A DNA stretch of 63,832 nt, filler included, from 6 parts of 6 records of this genome joined end to end with filler, not necessarily neighbours in it, one strand, 5' to 3'. Positions 9,973 through 19,412 are shown, counted from the whole stretch's first letter. The notes: generated by a model from the sequence alone, not told the origin. Numbers and translations: made by a program.

Positions 9973-10221
9973 CTAGCTTTGGACGGCGACCAACACGTCA
10001 ACGTCGTTGTTGAGGCGAAGACTGATTCGCTTTCCATCAAGGGCTAAGACGCAGGGCGAACCTGGTCGCAGCATCTCAATGCTCGCTCCGACCATAAGTC
10101 CCATCTCCGACAGGCGTCGAACTTGGCATTCGTCGCCATCTAGACCCACCAACTGGGCCGCCTCGTTGGGCTGCAAAAGCTCAAGCGGGAGGATTGTTTC
10201 AGAGGAAGCTGCAGCGATCAT
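9973..10221 (-). CDS. feoA: Second FeoA-family protein
   Basis: RRLSEMGLMVGASIEML...GSPCVL...RISL; first gene of the feo operon. Confidence 0.85.
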   Translation of the reverse strand: MIAAASSETILPLELLQPNEAAQLVGLDGDECQVRRLSEMGLMVGASIEMLRPGSPCVLALDGKRISLRLNNDVDVLVAVQS

Positions 10222-10241
10222 GCTGGTGCCCGATTGAAGAA

Positions 10242-10258
10242 TTGAGACTCAGTGTCAA
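10242..10258. promoter_or_regulatory. Fur-like iron-responsive operator
   Basis: TTGAGACT-C-AGTGTCAA, 8-1-8 inverted repeat with one mismatch, 20 nt upstream of the first feoA start; resembles TGAGAATNATTCTCA Fur-box variants. Confidence 0.65.
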
Positions 10259-10366
10259 CAACTGGCCTCTATTTATACTCGGCTCGGTGTCAAATGTGAA
10301 TAACGCAAATGCCTTGCTGGGCTGTGGATTTTGAGTTTTTCAACATTTGTAGGTCGCCAGCGCGGT

Positions 10367-10452
10367 CGCTAAGTAGCATCACCAGGGCACTGGGCAGCAC
10401 TACCAGGGCGCTGAGTAGCACTAATTGGGCGCTGAGTAGCACTAATTGGGCG
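10367..10452. repeat. Intergenic 21-nt tandem repeat x4
   Basis: CGCTAAGTAGCATCACCAGGG / CACTGGGCAGCACTACCAGGG / CGCTGAGTAGCACTAATTGGG x2. Confidence 0.85.
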
Positions 10453-10482
10453 ATTATTTGCAAGAGCGCGGAAGTCGAACGC

Positions 10483-11073
10483 TCAGGCTGGAATCTCAAG
10501 GATTGCTTTGCAGAAAGGGCATTCGGCCGTCATGCCAGCCGCGGAGGCAGGCACTTCCATGACTCCTTCACAAGCTCCGCAGGCAATTTGCATGCCACCC
10601 GATGGTGGTGTTGGCTGCTGAGGCGCGGCCGGAGGAGCCGGTTTCAGCTCGATCTCGAAGACTTCGGAACAAACGTGGCACTTCCCGCGGCGGCCACGCA
10701 TTTCTGGTTTCCCATCAAACAGTTGATTACATTTTGGGCAGTGAAAGATCCACTGTTCTTCGAGGACCACCTCTGGCGTCTCGCTGATGGTGAAGATCGC
10801 CTTGCAGGCAGGGCAGTGTCCCTTGGTGCCTCTGAGCGACTCCGGGCAGTGCAATACTTTCTGGCAGGTAGGGCAGGGGATAGCGAGTAGGTTGCCTGAA
10901 TCTGCTGGCGGACCACTGGAATCCTCGTCGCTGCTCTCGACGGCTATGCCAAGGCTGACGCCGGGAATCGAAACTACCATCTGGCATGAAGGGCACTGGC
11001 AGGCTTCGCCCTCGGTCCCGTCGGGCACCCTCAACTCTGCTTGGCAGGATTCACAGTTAAATTCGATTGGCAT
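10483..11073 (-). CDS. Protein composed of four tandem zinc-ribbon (CxxC...CxxC) modules
   Basis: CESC/CPSC, CPTC/CPAC, CPKC/CHVC and CGAC/CPFC pairs with ~16-aa spacers, joined by short or Pro/Ser-rich linkers. Confidence 0.85.
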   Translation of the reverse strand: MPIEFNCESCQAELRVPDGTEGEACQCPSCQMVVSIPGVSLGIAVESSDEDSSGPPADSGNLLAIPCPTCQKVLHCPESLRGTKGHCPACKAIFTISETPEVVLEEQWIFHCPKCNQLFDGKPEMRGRRGKCHVCSEVFEIELKPAPPAAPQQPTPPSGGMQIACGACEGVMEVPASAAGMTAECPFCKAILEIPA

Positions 11074-11422
11074 GTTGTCGCCCGTTTGGTCCAGATTGCG
11101 CCCTAGCTACGGTTCCCCCCGCCTCAAGGCTACTTCGATTCGCCCCGCTGTGCAACATTCCAAGATTGCGTGCCTAGTGCGTCACAGCATCGACGCCAGC
11201 CAAGTTTGGATTCTGCAGTGCGTTAAACGTTTTCCCAATCAAGCGGCACTGATCAAGCGGCACTGATTCACTGTTAAAGCTGGGCTTCGGGTTGTTGAAA
11301 GAGTCGCTGAGCCCCAGACTAGGAGTCTGATAGAGACAGAATTGCGAGCCACTTTGGCAAGCGGCAGCCTATTGACCGCCACTCGCTCGCTGAACCCATA
11401 TTCCGGAAGCATGAGTCTTCTT

Positions 11423-12775
11423 ATGTCCGACGAAATCGACAACAACCTGATTGCCGCTGTTGAGGCGAGTGACCCGGAGCTTGCTCGAGAAGCGATCGAC
11501 CTAGACGAAAATGCTGACGTAGTTCACGCGGTTTCTCGTTTGGATGAATCGCAGCGCAGTGAGCTTCTTGGTTTATTGGACGCTGAAAGTGCCGCGGACT
11601 TGCTGGAGCAGCTTCCGGGCGTCCAGCAAAATTTGTTGATCGATGCCGCTCAGCCGCAACAAGTTGCCGAGATTCTCGATCTGCTCCCCAGTGACTTGCA
11701 GGCGGACGTTCTGCGCGATCTGGACTCGCATTCGGCTGATCAAGTCCTCAAGTTGATGCAGCCCGATGAAGCCCGCTCGGCTCGGCAGTTGCGTAATTAC
11801 AGCGATCATTCGGCCGGCGGGTTGATGGTGACTGAGTTCTTGATGTATCCAGTTGATTGGACCATCACCGAAGTTGTGGCGGATTTGCAGGCGAAGTCGG
11901 AGGAGTACCGCGACTACCAAATTCAGTACGCCTACGTCTGCGGCAGCCAAGGGCAACTGTTGGGCGTCCTGCGTCTTCGCGACCTGCTGCTTGGTGAACG
12001 AACGCAGAAGCTTGGCGACATTATGATCGCTGACCCAATGTCAGTTGACGACGAAATGGATCTTGAGCACCTGCACGGTTTTTTCCAGCAGCATCATTTT
12101 TTGGGCGTGCCCGTTGTCGGGGCAGGGGGGCGATTGGTCGGCGTCCTTCAGCGCAGCGACGTGGATCAAGCATGGATTGAGATGCAAGATGAATCCTTCC
12201 TGCGTCGGCAGGGGATTGTCAGTGGTGAAGAAATCCGCTCCATGCCGCTCCTACAACGTTCACGCGGTCGTTTAGCCTGGCTGTCGTTGAACATTGTTCT
12301 GAATCTGATGGCAGCGGCAATCATTAGCACGTTCGAAAGCACTCTGGCATCAGTGATCACACTGGCCGCGTTCTTGCCGATCATCTCCGACATGAGTGGT
12401 TGTTCGGGGAATCAGGCTGTTGCGGTCTCCATTCGCGAACTGATGCTCGGGCTTGCCAAGCCACGCGATGCATTTCGTGTGCTACTGAAAGAGCTTGGCG
12501 TGGGACTGATCAACGGCACTGCCGTCGGATTGCTTCTTGGCACAATTGCATTTGTCTGGAAGGGGAATCTCGTCCTGGCTCTGGTCATCGGTGTAGCACT
12601 GATGCTCAACACACTCATCGCCGTTGCGATCGGAGGCGTGGTTCCACTGCTGCTGCGAAGACTGGGGAGAGATCCAGCCGTTGCATCGGGGCCGCTGCTA
12701 ACTACAGTGACCGACATGTGTGGGTTTTTCTTGGTGCTAAGCATGGCGTCGGCGCTGATCGACCAGCTCAAGTAG
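11423..12775 (+). CDS. mgtE: Magnesium transporter MgtE
   Basis: MgtE N domain, SAGGLMVTEF plus CBS pair, RLAWL, PIISDMSGCSGNQ, DPAVASGPLLTTVTD. Start at 11411 or 11423. Confidence 0.93.
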   Translation: MSDEIDNNLIAAVEASDPELAREAIDLDENADVVHAVSRLDESQRSELLGLLDAESAADLLEQLPGVQQNLLIDAAQPQQVAEILDLLPSDLQADVLRDLDSHSADQVLKLMQPDEARSARQLRNYSDHSAGGLMVTEFLMYPVDWTITEVVADLQAKSEEYRDYQIQYAYVCGSQGQLLGVLRLRDLLLGERTQKLGDIMIADPMSVDDEMDLEHLHGFFQQHHFLGVPVVGAGGRLVGVLQRSDVDQAWIEMQDESFLRRQGIVSGEEIRSMPLLQRSRGRLAWLSLNIVLNLMAAAIISTFESTLASVITLAAFLPIISDMSGCSGNQAVAVSIRELMLGLAKPRDAFRVLLKELGVGLINGTAVGLLLGTIAFVWKGNLVLALVIGVALMLNTLIAVAIGGVVPLLLRRLGRDPAVASGPLLTTVTDMCGFFLVLSMASALIDQLK

Positions 12776-13589
12776 GCGTGTCAGGTCGATCACGCTCGGC
12801 GGCGATCAGCCCAGCGATGTAGCCTCCTTTGAAGCCAGCATCGATATTGACGGCCGCGACGCCAGCAGCACAGCTTGTCATCATGCTCAGCAGCGTCGTG
12901 ATGCCTTCAAAGCTAGCGCCGTATCCGACACTTGTTGGAACCGCAATCACTGGAGAAGAAACGAGCCCGCCAACAACGCTTGCCAAGGCTCCTTCCATGC
13001 CGGCGACAACCACGACAGCTCGGCTCGATCGAATGTGCTCGATGTGCGCCAACAGGCGGTAGGGGCCAGCGACGCCAACGTCGGTCGTCAGCGACACCGG
13101 AATCTTCATCCAGTGAAGCGTCTCGACCGCTTCCCGCGCCACTGGCAGATCGGTGCTGCCAGCGGTCACAACGGCAATGTGAGTTGGCGGAGCAGGGCAG
13201 GGGACCAGCAGTTCGCTCACGGGCTCGCTTTTCTGCGATAGACGAAGTGTTCGCCCTTGCGGGTCGAATCGAGCAAACTTGAACTCGGGAACAATGTCGT
13301 TTGCTTTGGCTTCATCGACTCGGGTGGCAAGTACTTCTTCCTGACCGTTGTCGATCAAGTGCTTTGCGATGGCGACAATATCCTCGGCTGATTTGCCACT
13401 GCCGAAGATTACTTCCCCGAAGCCGCATCGTCGCCGCCGATCTGTATCAGGATGATGGCTTCCCGTGGTTTCTGAACCTGAAGCGGCGGCAGTGCGGAGG
13501 ATTCGCTCGGCAAGTTCGCTCCAGCTTAGCGTCCCGTTTTCGGCCTCACTGACCCACGCCTTGAGTTTGTTGCTTTCATCCGTTGACAT
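12768..13589 (-). CDS. larB: Nickel-pincer nucleotide cofactor biosynthesis carboxylase LarB
   Basis: DTDRRRRCGFGEVIFGSGK, TAGSTDLPVAREA, DVGVAG, AGMEGAL, PTSVGYG, SCAAGV..VNIDAGF. Confidence 0.9.
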   Translation of the reverse strand: MSTDESNKLKAWVSEAENGTLSWSELAERILRTAAASGSETTGSHHPDTDRRRRCGFGEVIFGSGKSAEDIVAIAKHLIDNGQEEVLATRVDEAKANDIVPEFKFARFDPQGRTLRLSQKSEPVSELLVPCPAPPTHIAVVTAGSTDLPVAREAVETLHWMKIPVSLTTDVGVAGPYRLLAHIEHIRSSRAVVVVAGMEGALASVVGGLVSSPVIAVPTSVGYGASFEGITTLLSMMTSCAAGVAAVNIDAGFKGGYIAGLIAAERDRPDTPT

Positions 13590-13737
13590 ACAGTGCATCC
13601 CGACAGAGTTCGGACCCGCTTGCCAATCATGGCGACGGGTATGACAATCTTGGTCGTCCCGAGCAAATGAGCCGCTTTCGAAGGCCGCTCGAGGACAATG
13701 AACGGGCTTATTTTGGTTGCAAGAAAGAAGAAAAGCT

Positions 13738-14955
13738 ATGGCTGTCTGCGTACTGGCGTATTCCGGAGGACTCGACACATCCTGCATGCTGGGATGGTTG
13801 ATTGATCGCGGTTATGAAGTTCACGCCGTCTACGTGGACCTTGGGCAACCCGGCGAAGACCGCCAAGAGATGGAGGACAAAGCGAAAAAGATCGGTGCCA
13901 AGAGTGTGCACATGATCGATGCGCGAGAGGAGCTCTGTCGTGACTTTGCATTCCCATGCCTAAAATGGCAAGCCAAATACGAAGGTCCCTATTTGCTGGG
14001 CACCAGTATCGCTCGTCCGCTGATCTCAAAGAAAATTTTGGAAGTGGCCAAGGAGGTCGGCGCGGAAGTCTATGTGCATGGCGCGACAGGCAAGGGCAAT
14101 GACCAGTGCCGATTCCAGTTGGCAGCCGAAGCGCTCGAGCCCTCGATTCAGGTCTACGCTCCATGGCGGACGCCCGAATGGCGAGAGTCTTTCCCTGGGC
14201 GAACGGAGATGATCGAGTACTGCGAAAAGCGGGACATTCCTGTCAAGGCAACCGCCGCAAAGCCGTACAGTTCTGATGAAAACGTTTTGCACATCAGCTA
14301 CGAAGCGGGCGAACTAGAGAAGTTAGACGTTTGTGGCGTTGATCTCGTCGACTTTACGATGACTTGCAGCCCAGAAGAAGCACCCGATAAGGCTGAGGAA
14401 GTTTCGATCGATTTCGAAGCGGGCGTGCCAACCGGCGTAAATGGGAAGCCAATGTCGGCACTGGAAATTGTCGAATCGCTGAACGAGATTGGTGGTCGAA
14501 ACGGAGTTGGACGAATCGACATCCTTGAAAATCGATTCGTGGGAATGAAGAGCAGGGGGGTGTACGAAGCTCCTGGGATGACTTTGCTTTACGAAGCATC
14601 GGCACACCTAGAGCAGTTGACCCTCGATCGCGATCTCACCCACCTCCGCGATTCCCTCATGCCAGCCGTTGCCGAATTGGTCTATTACGGTTTCTGGTAC
14701 GCGGCCAAGCTGGATGCACTGATGGCCTTCATCAACCACTCACACCGTTACGTAACCGGTAACGTCAAACTGCGTCTATACAAAGGCAACGTTACGGTGC
14801 TCGAGCGCAGTAGCCCCAATAGTCTTTACGATGAAGGCATTGCGACCATGGAGTCTGGTGGATCTTACAACCAAGATGACGCTGAAGGCTTCATTAGAAT
14901 TCAGGGCTTGCCATACCGCGTGCAAGGTCTGATGAAGCGATTTGACGACCAGTAA
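13738..14955 (+). CDS. argG: Argininosuccinate synthase (planctomycete contig)
   Basis: [43 protein letters not shown]. Confidence 0.97.
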   Translation: MAVCVLAYSGGLDTSCMLGWLIDRGYEVHAVYVDLGQPGEDRQEMEDKAKKIGAKSVHMIDAREELCRDFAFPCLKWQAKYEGPYLLGTSIARPLISKKILEVAKEVGAEVYVHGATGKGNDQCRFQLAAEALEPSIQVYAPWRTPEWRESFPGRTEMIEYCEKRDIPVKATAAKPYSSDENVLHISYEAGELEKLDVCGVDLVDFTMTCSPEEAPDKAEEVSIDFEAGVPTGVNGKPMSALEIVESLNEIGGRNGVGRIDILENRFVGMKSRGVYEAPGMTLLYEASAHLEQLTLDRDLTHLRDSLMPAVAELVYYGFWYAAKLDALMAFINHSHRYVTGNVKLRLYKGNVTVLERSSPNSLYDEGIATMESGGSYNQDDAEGFIRIQGLPYRVQGLMKRFDDQ

Positions 14956-15038
14956 TTCAAAGGCCCCACCCTACGAAATGCTGTGGCTTCGCGGCAGACG
15001 CAAACCCTGGTTGAGGACATAAAAAACTCTTGCTGGTG

Positions 15039-16034
15039 TTACTCACCGTGTTCTTTGGCATATCGCTCTGCAAGCTGCTGTTGCAACTTCTCAAAGCCGT
15101 TTTCCGTTACGACTTTCCCCGCGTCATTAAACGAGACTTTGACATCATCAAACTTGAACGGCTGCCAAACGGCAAGGATTTGAAGCTCGACAAAATCCCC
15201 CTTTCGTGGACTGCCAAGGTTTTTTTGCTTCTTCCATTTTGTCCGCGATTCGAACCAGGATTTCGCCTTTTTCTCGTCAATGTCCTCGTCGTCGGGAACC
15301 GGCTCCTTGAGATAGAAGCCTTGAGTTAACTTTGGATAGTAGCCACAGTCCTTCCCGAATACGACGCGAAACGCACACTCGACGGGCGACTGCTTACGTG
15401 ACGTCCAAACACCAACGATATCACCATTCTCTAACTTTTGCGAAAAAGTGCAGCGATAGTTCAGAACGAATAGACGTTCCAATACGTCTTCCTGTCTGTT
15501 TTGCTCGATAGCAGACCCCCCAGGCAAGAATACGGCATCTATTAGATCTGGCGCAGGGAACTTCCCGCTATTGAAAATATCGTCAAGACTGCGGTTCTTG
15601 GCGCCCATCGCGTCGAGTTGCTCGTCCGAAATCGACACCAAGTAGAGAGGCTTTGTTGAGAGGGACGACGTATAGCGGCGTTTTCCATCGATGTGCAAGA
15701 CACTATCGATTGTCGTCGGAGAAAAGAAGTTCACACCTTCGTAGGTTCTGACGCAATGCCGATACCGGAGTCGTTTTCTGCCTGATGCGCCCCAAGCTTC
15801 AAACCACTCGCTCCGCATCTCACCCGGAGAGAACGCCATTGTCTCCAAAACACTACAGCGTCCGTACACACTCCAGTTTTCGTGAAGTCTATCGTGCAGC
15901 GCCATAAAACGCTGTACGCACTCCGATGCATCTTCAGGACCTTTATCCGCACCTTCAATCACACTTGGGCAAAGTGTTTGCGCGACCGAAAGTACAATTA
16001 GTGCCATCCGAAGCGAAGCAGCTTGAATGCTCAT
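15039..16034 (-). CDS. Secreted hypothetical protein (~331 aa)
   Basis: Long ORF; ATG at 16034 preceded by a GGAGG Shine-Dalgarno; signal-peptide-like N-terminus; no family motif recognised. Confidence 0.65.
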   Translation of the reverse strand: MSIQAASLRMALIVLSVAQTLCPSVIEGADKGPEDASECVQRFMALHDRLHENWSVYGRCSVLETMAFSPGEMRSEWFEAWGASGRKRLRYRHCVRTYEGVNFFSPTTIDSVLHIDGKRRYTSSLSTKPLYLVSISDEQLDAMGAKNRSLDDIFNSGKFPAPDLIDAVFLPGGSAIEQNRQEDVLERLFVLNYRCTFSQKLENGDIVGVWTSRKQSPVECAFRVVFGKDCGYYPKLTQGFYLKEPVPDDEDIDEKKAKSWFESRTKWKKQKNLGSPRKGDFVELQILAVWQPFKFDDVKVSFNDAGKVVTENGFEKLQQQLAERYAKEHGE

Positions 16035-16038
16035 AGTA

Positions 16039-16176
16039 TTAGCCTCCGTATGAACTTCCGTAACCTTCGCCACCGTAGCCGAAGTTATTGCAAGGTTCGT
16101 CATCTAGATCCCAGTCAAAACCTCCAGACCCAGGCGTATTTGGGGTTACCGAAATCGCGTCCTTGACGGTTGCCTT
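16039..16176 (-). pseudogene. Start-less 45-codon remnant of a small Gly/Tyr-rich peptide gene
   Basis: Manual translation KATVKDAISVTPNTPGSGGFDWDLDDEPCNNFGYGGEGYGSSYGG*. In-frame TGA immediately upstream; ATG at 16180 is one base out of frame. Confidence 0.4.
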
Positions 16177-16281
16177 TCATCTTCGCCTCTTGGCGACCTG
16201 AAAAGAACTTGAATTCGTTGGCCAAAGGGCCCCGAATTCTTCGTGCGGACCCTTAGCTGCATCGGCATTTTCCCCGACGCT

Positions 16282-16509
16282 CTAAGCTCCGACTTCCTTT
16301 AACAAACCAACGGCGCAGCCACACGAGGATTTTGAAGAAACAACCTTGAGGTCTTCCGATGTCAGGTTCTCCAATTTTATATCGACTTCAAAAGACGACT
16401 TTGTGAATTTCCGATGCGTTAACGGTTGGGACAACAAGATCGAACAGCAGAAAACAGCAAGTTGGATTCTCACCCTCAATAGCCTCGCGTGAGACAGAAG
16501 GGGCGTCAT
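16282..16509 (-). pseudogene. Truncated DUF1573-like (Ig-like, SCGC motif) secreted protein
   Basis: Signal-like N-terminus, then FEVDIKLENLTSEDLKVVSSKSSCGCAV, ending at a TAG about 10 aa after SCGC. Confidence 0.55.
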
Positions 16510-16932
16510 ACTCTGGTTCTATCAGATGTCATTGACGAGTCAAGAAAACTCGACGAAGAATTTAAAAGCTTCTCGCTGGTCGCCACCGCATCAACTCATC
16601 TCCCAAACGGCATTGGTGTGAAACCTCACCGTCCCGCGCATTTGATGATCTTCTGGTTGCACTCGTGTTGCGGAATGGGCGGTGGCGAGCCCAAGCAAGC
16701 CTGAGGTTTTGGCGTTGAGCTCGTCCATGTACACGATGCATTCTGGGCGACGACCAACGACATTTAGCCTTTGAGTACATTGACCAGCTGTGGCAGCTCG
16801 TCGAGTTGCGTTCGACGCAGCACTGGCCCAAAAGCAAATACATGGCTGTGCCCCGGCTGCGCTTGACGAGGGCCCGCTTTACCGCACTCAACATGCATGC
16901 TGCGCAGCTTGTTGGCCAATCGCGGAATTCTA

Positions 16933-17874
16933 CTAGCGAAAGCTTTGCGTGTTGATCTGCTCGCCTCCGGCGGGCGTCAACATTGCATCTAACACAGCCG
17001 TCGGCGTGTCGTCAGGTAGCCAGGCCGATTGTCCATCAGCAAATGCGGCCGTCGCCCCGGATTCGTGGTGACCGCCGATTGTGTCGGGCTTGTTCTGCAA
17101 GCGACCGCTACCAATTCCGGCGATTTGCTTCTTGAGAGTCGTGATGTCCAGGTCCAGTGGTTTCGCCCAGTCGACTCCGGTGTTGGCTGTTTCAACCACC
17201 ATGATGGTATTTTCTAATCCGTCGGCGACGTCACTGGGGCTAAGCGGCCCTGATGGTGGGAAAACCGTCCCTGGGCCGGTGACCAACATGTACGACGTTT
17301 CGGTGATGACATTTGTTCCTTCATCGGCTGGAGAAACAAAAATGTCTGGGAACTCCGGAATCAAGATGGAGTTCTGCGGACTATCCCAGGCTTGGTCGCG
17401 CTGGAATCTCGCGTAGATGTCGTGCTCGCCGACAAATGGCAAAATCAAGACACGCCAACTGTAGAGCGGTTTGCCTTTTTCATCGCGAACAACCGGAGTT
17501 GGGTATGTGCCGTATTGGGCAGCGTAGTTGTCCAGTGCAACCGCGATCTTGCTGAGTTTCGAGCGACAAGCCAATTGATCACGCCGCTGCTTGAGCAACT
17601 CAATTGATGGCCAGAGCAGGGCAACGGCGATCCCGCCAACGACAATGCACGCGATCGCAACGCCGACCGACTTGACGATCAGGATGTTCTTGGACGCGAT
17701 CTCGCGAGGTTTTGATTTGGGAGTTTCAACGATTGTTTCCCGGCTGTGAGAACCAGGTGGCTCGGGAATCACAACATTCTTGCCGCACTTCACACACGGC
17801 CCCTGCTTGCCCGACAAGGACTCTTCGACAACAGTTTTGTTGAAGCAATAAGGACACGTGAACTCGAACGGCAT
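16933..17874 (-). CDS. DUF1559 (planctomycete SBP_bac_10-like) protein with N-terminal zinc ribbon and TM helix
   Basis: CPYC..CVKC, TM helix, C..KLSKIAVALDNY, YSWRVLILPF, DGLENTIMVVE, H-X9-DG (HESGATAAFADG). Confidence 0.9.
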   Translation of the reverse strand: MPFEFTCPYCFNKTVVEESLSGKQGPCVKCGKNVVIPEPPGSHSRETIVETPKSKPREIASKNILIVKSVGVAIACIVVGGIAVALLWPSIELLKQRRDQLACRSKLSKIAVALDNYAAQYGTYPTPVVRDEKGKPLYSWRVLILPFVGEHDIYARFQRDQAWDSPQNSILIPEFPDIFVSPADEGTNVITETSYMLVTGPGTVFPPSGPLSPSDVADGLENTIMVVETANTGVDWAKPLDLDITTLKKQIAGIGSGRLQNKPDTIGGHHESGATAAFADGQSAWLPDDTPTAVLDAMLTPAGGEQINTQSFR

Positions 17875-18166
17875 GATCTAGACCTAGTACTTTCATGAAG
17901 CAATTTTTGCTCGCGGAAGCATACAGTATGACTCATTTTCGCTGCAGGCGTATCTCCTCACCAGCTCCGCCCCCTTATATTAGCGTGCTCAGCAGCGGAG
18001 TTCGGCGAATGCAGAACCCCATCTCAAAACTGAAGACGGATTGCCAAGCCGGCTGTCATTGAGGACCCTAATTGGGTTTGCTGGGGCGGAGCAGGGGGGC
18101 GAGCGAGCAAATGCGCGTGCCGCGGTTGGTTTCCGCAGTGCATCAAAGGCGAGAGGACAGAAGTAG

Positions 18167-18616
18167 ATGCGGGCAGTTGTTCAGAGAGTGACTTCCAGTC
18201 GTGTAGAGGTCGACGGGCAAGTCGTTGGGCAGATCGCCGCCGGTTTGCTCGTGCTGGTCGGAGTCGAAGAAGGCGACACATCCAAGGATCTGGCGTACAT
18301 CCGCGATAAGGTGATTGGGCTGCGAATTTTCAACGACGCCGCCGGGTTGATGAATCGGAGTGTAGTGGATGCCGACGGCAGTGTCTTGCTCGTCAGCCAA
18401 TTCACGCTGCTGGGAGATGTTCGAAAAGGCCGCCGCCCAAGTTTTATCTCTGCGGCAAAGCCGGACACCGCACGTAAAATGTGTGCTCAGTTGGAATCGG
18501 ATCTACGTGAGCGTGGAATCCAAGTCGAAACTGGTCAGTTTCAGGCGGACATGCAAGTTCACCTGGTGAACGACGGGCCAGTTACGATCATGCTCGATAG
18601 CCGGAAACTATTCTGA
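18167..18616 (+). CDS. dtd: D-aminoacyl-tRNA deacylase
   Basis: MRAVVQRV, SQFTL, KGRRPSF, NDGPVT. Confidence 0.97.
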   Translation: MRAVVQRVTSSRVEVDGQVVGQIAAGLLVLVGVEEGDTSKDLAYIRDKVIGLRIFNDAAGLMNRSVVDADGSVLLVSQFTLLGDVRKGRRPSFISAAKPDTARKMCAQLESDLRERGIQVETGQFQADMQVHLVNDGPVTIMLDSRKLF

Positions 18617-18640
18617 AACCGTGGCTTTTCGGCTGCTTCC

Positions 18641-18663
18641 GTAGTGCAGGCAGCCTGCCTGCA
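18641..18663 (+). repeat. Single GTAG REP, same family as 1735-2003
   Basis: GTAGTGCAGGCAGCCTGCCTGCA, exact reverse complement of the core at 1735 and 1981; lies between convergent genes. Confidence 0.8.
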
Positions 18664-18689
18664 ATCAACTTTCCAGCAACCGAACCTAC

Positions 18690-19412
18690 CTAACGTATCC
18701 AGGTTTGAGTACGGTCCAAGATAACATTGAAGAGCTGCTGAGCGGTGTGCGGTACATCGGGATCGCTGGGGCCGAATCGCTGCATGAACCCGTCGTCTTG
18801 ATAAACGAGCACCGCAATAATGGCCAGCTTCGTGTAGGTCACATAGTTCGCCCACCGATCGTTGCCCCACATCTTCAGCGCGGTACCGAACGATCGCTTG
18901 AACGTGTATTTTCCGCGTTTAAAATCCACCGACCATATTTCATCCAGGATCAGGTGGCTCATGAAACCCGCCACAACCGCAAACGTCTTGAAGAAGCGGA
19001 TTGAGATGTCTTCGCAGGACAACACCAGGAAAGCGAACATTCCCACAATTGCCGCCGCTGGGAGGCTGTGCCACATTCCACGGTGGACTGTGTAACGGCG
19101 GAAAATTTCCGCTACGCAGAATCTAATGAAGAGATACACCAGGGCTGCAGCGATCACCATCTGCTCCTGACTCAGATTGAACCTCTGGAATCGTTCAAGC
19201 ATAAGCATTGGGACAATTGCAGCGCCCAAGGTTGTCGCTTCGCGGAGAGGTCGACCAGAATCACTGTCTAGGTCGGGCAGCATGCCGCTGACGCTGCACA
19301 GGCCACCGGCGATCACGCAGACATCCCAGTCCATGCCAGCTTGCGCTCCGGCAAGACCATAGACGCATCCGGTCGCGGTACTCACAGTCATGTGCGTCTT
19401 GAAGTCGGCCAA
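18690..19412 (-). CDS. Membrane-bound metal-dependent hydrolase (YdjM family)
   Basis: FKTH, LPDLD, HRGMWHS, SHLILD motifs; TTG start. Confidence 0.85.
   Translation of the reverse strand: MADFKTHMTVSTATGCVYGLAGAQAGMDWDVCVIAGGLCSVSGMLPDLDSDSGRPLREATTLGAAIVPMLMLERFQRFNLSQEQMVIAAALVYLFIRFCVAEIFRRYTVHRGMWHSLPAAAIVGMFAFLVLSCEDISIRFFKTFAVVAGFMSHLILDEIWSVDFKRGKYTFKRSFGTALKMWGNDRWANYVTYTKLAIIAVLVYQDDGFMQRFGPSDPDVPHTAQQLFNVILDRTQTWIR

Noticed and set aside
10290..10499. Leu-rich heptad ORF (AQLVLLS repeats) or mini-CRISPR
   Set aside because: Product of the 21-nt tandem repeat; no spacers and no SD support.
11074..11410. M-box riboswitch upstream of mgtE
   Set aside because: No recognisable M-box motifs by eye; would need an Infernal search.
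16562..16894. 110-aa ORF downstream of DUF1559
   Set aside because: Arg/Ser/Cys-rich with no motif or SD; probably non-coding.
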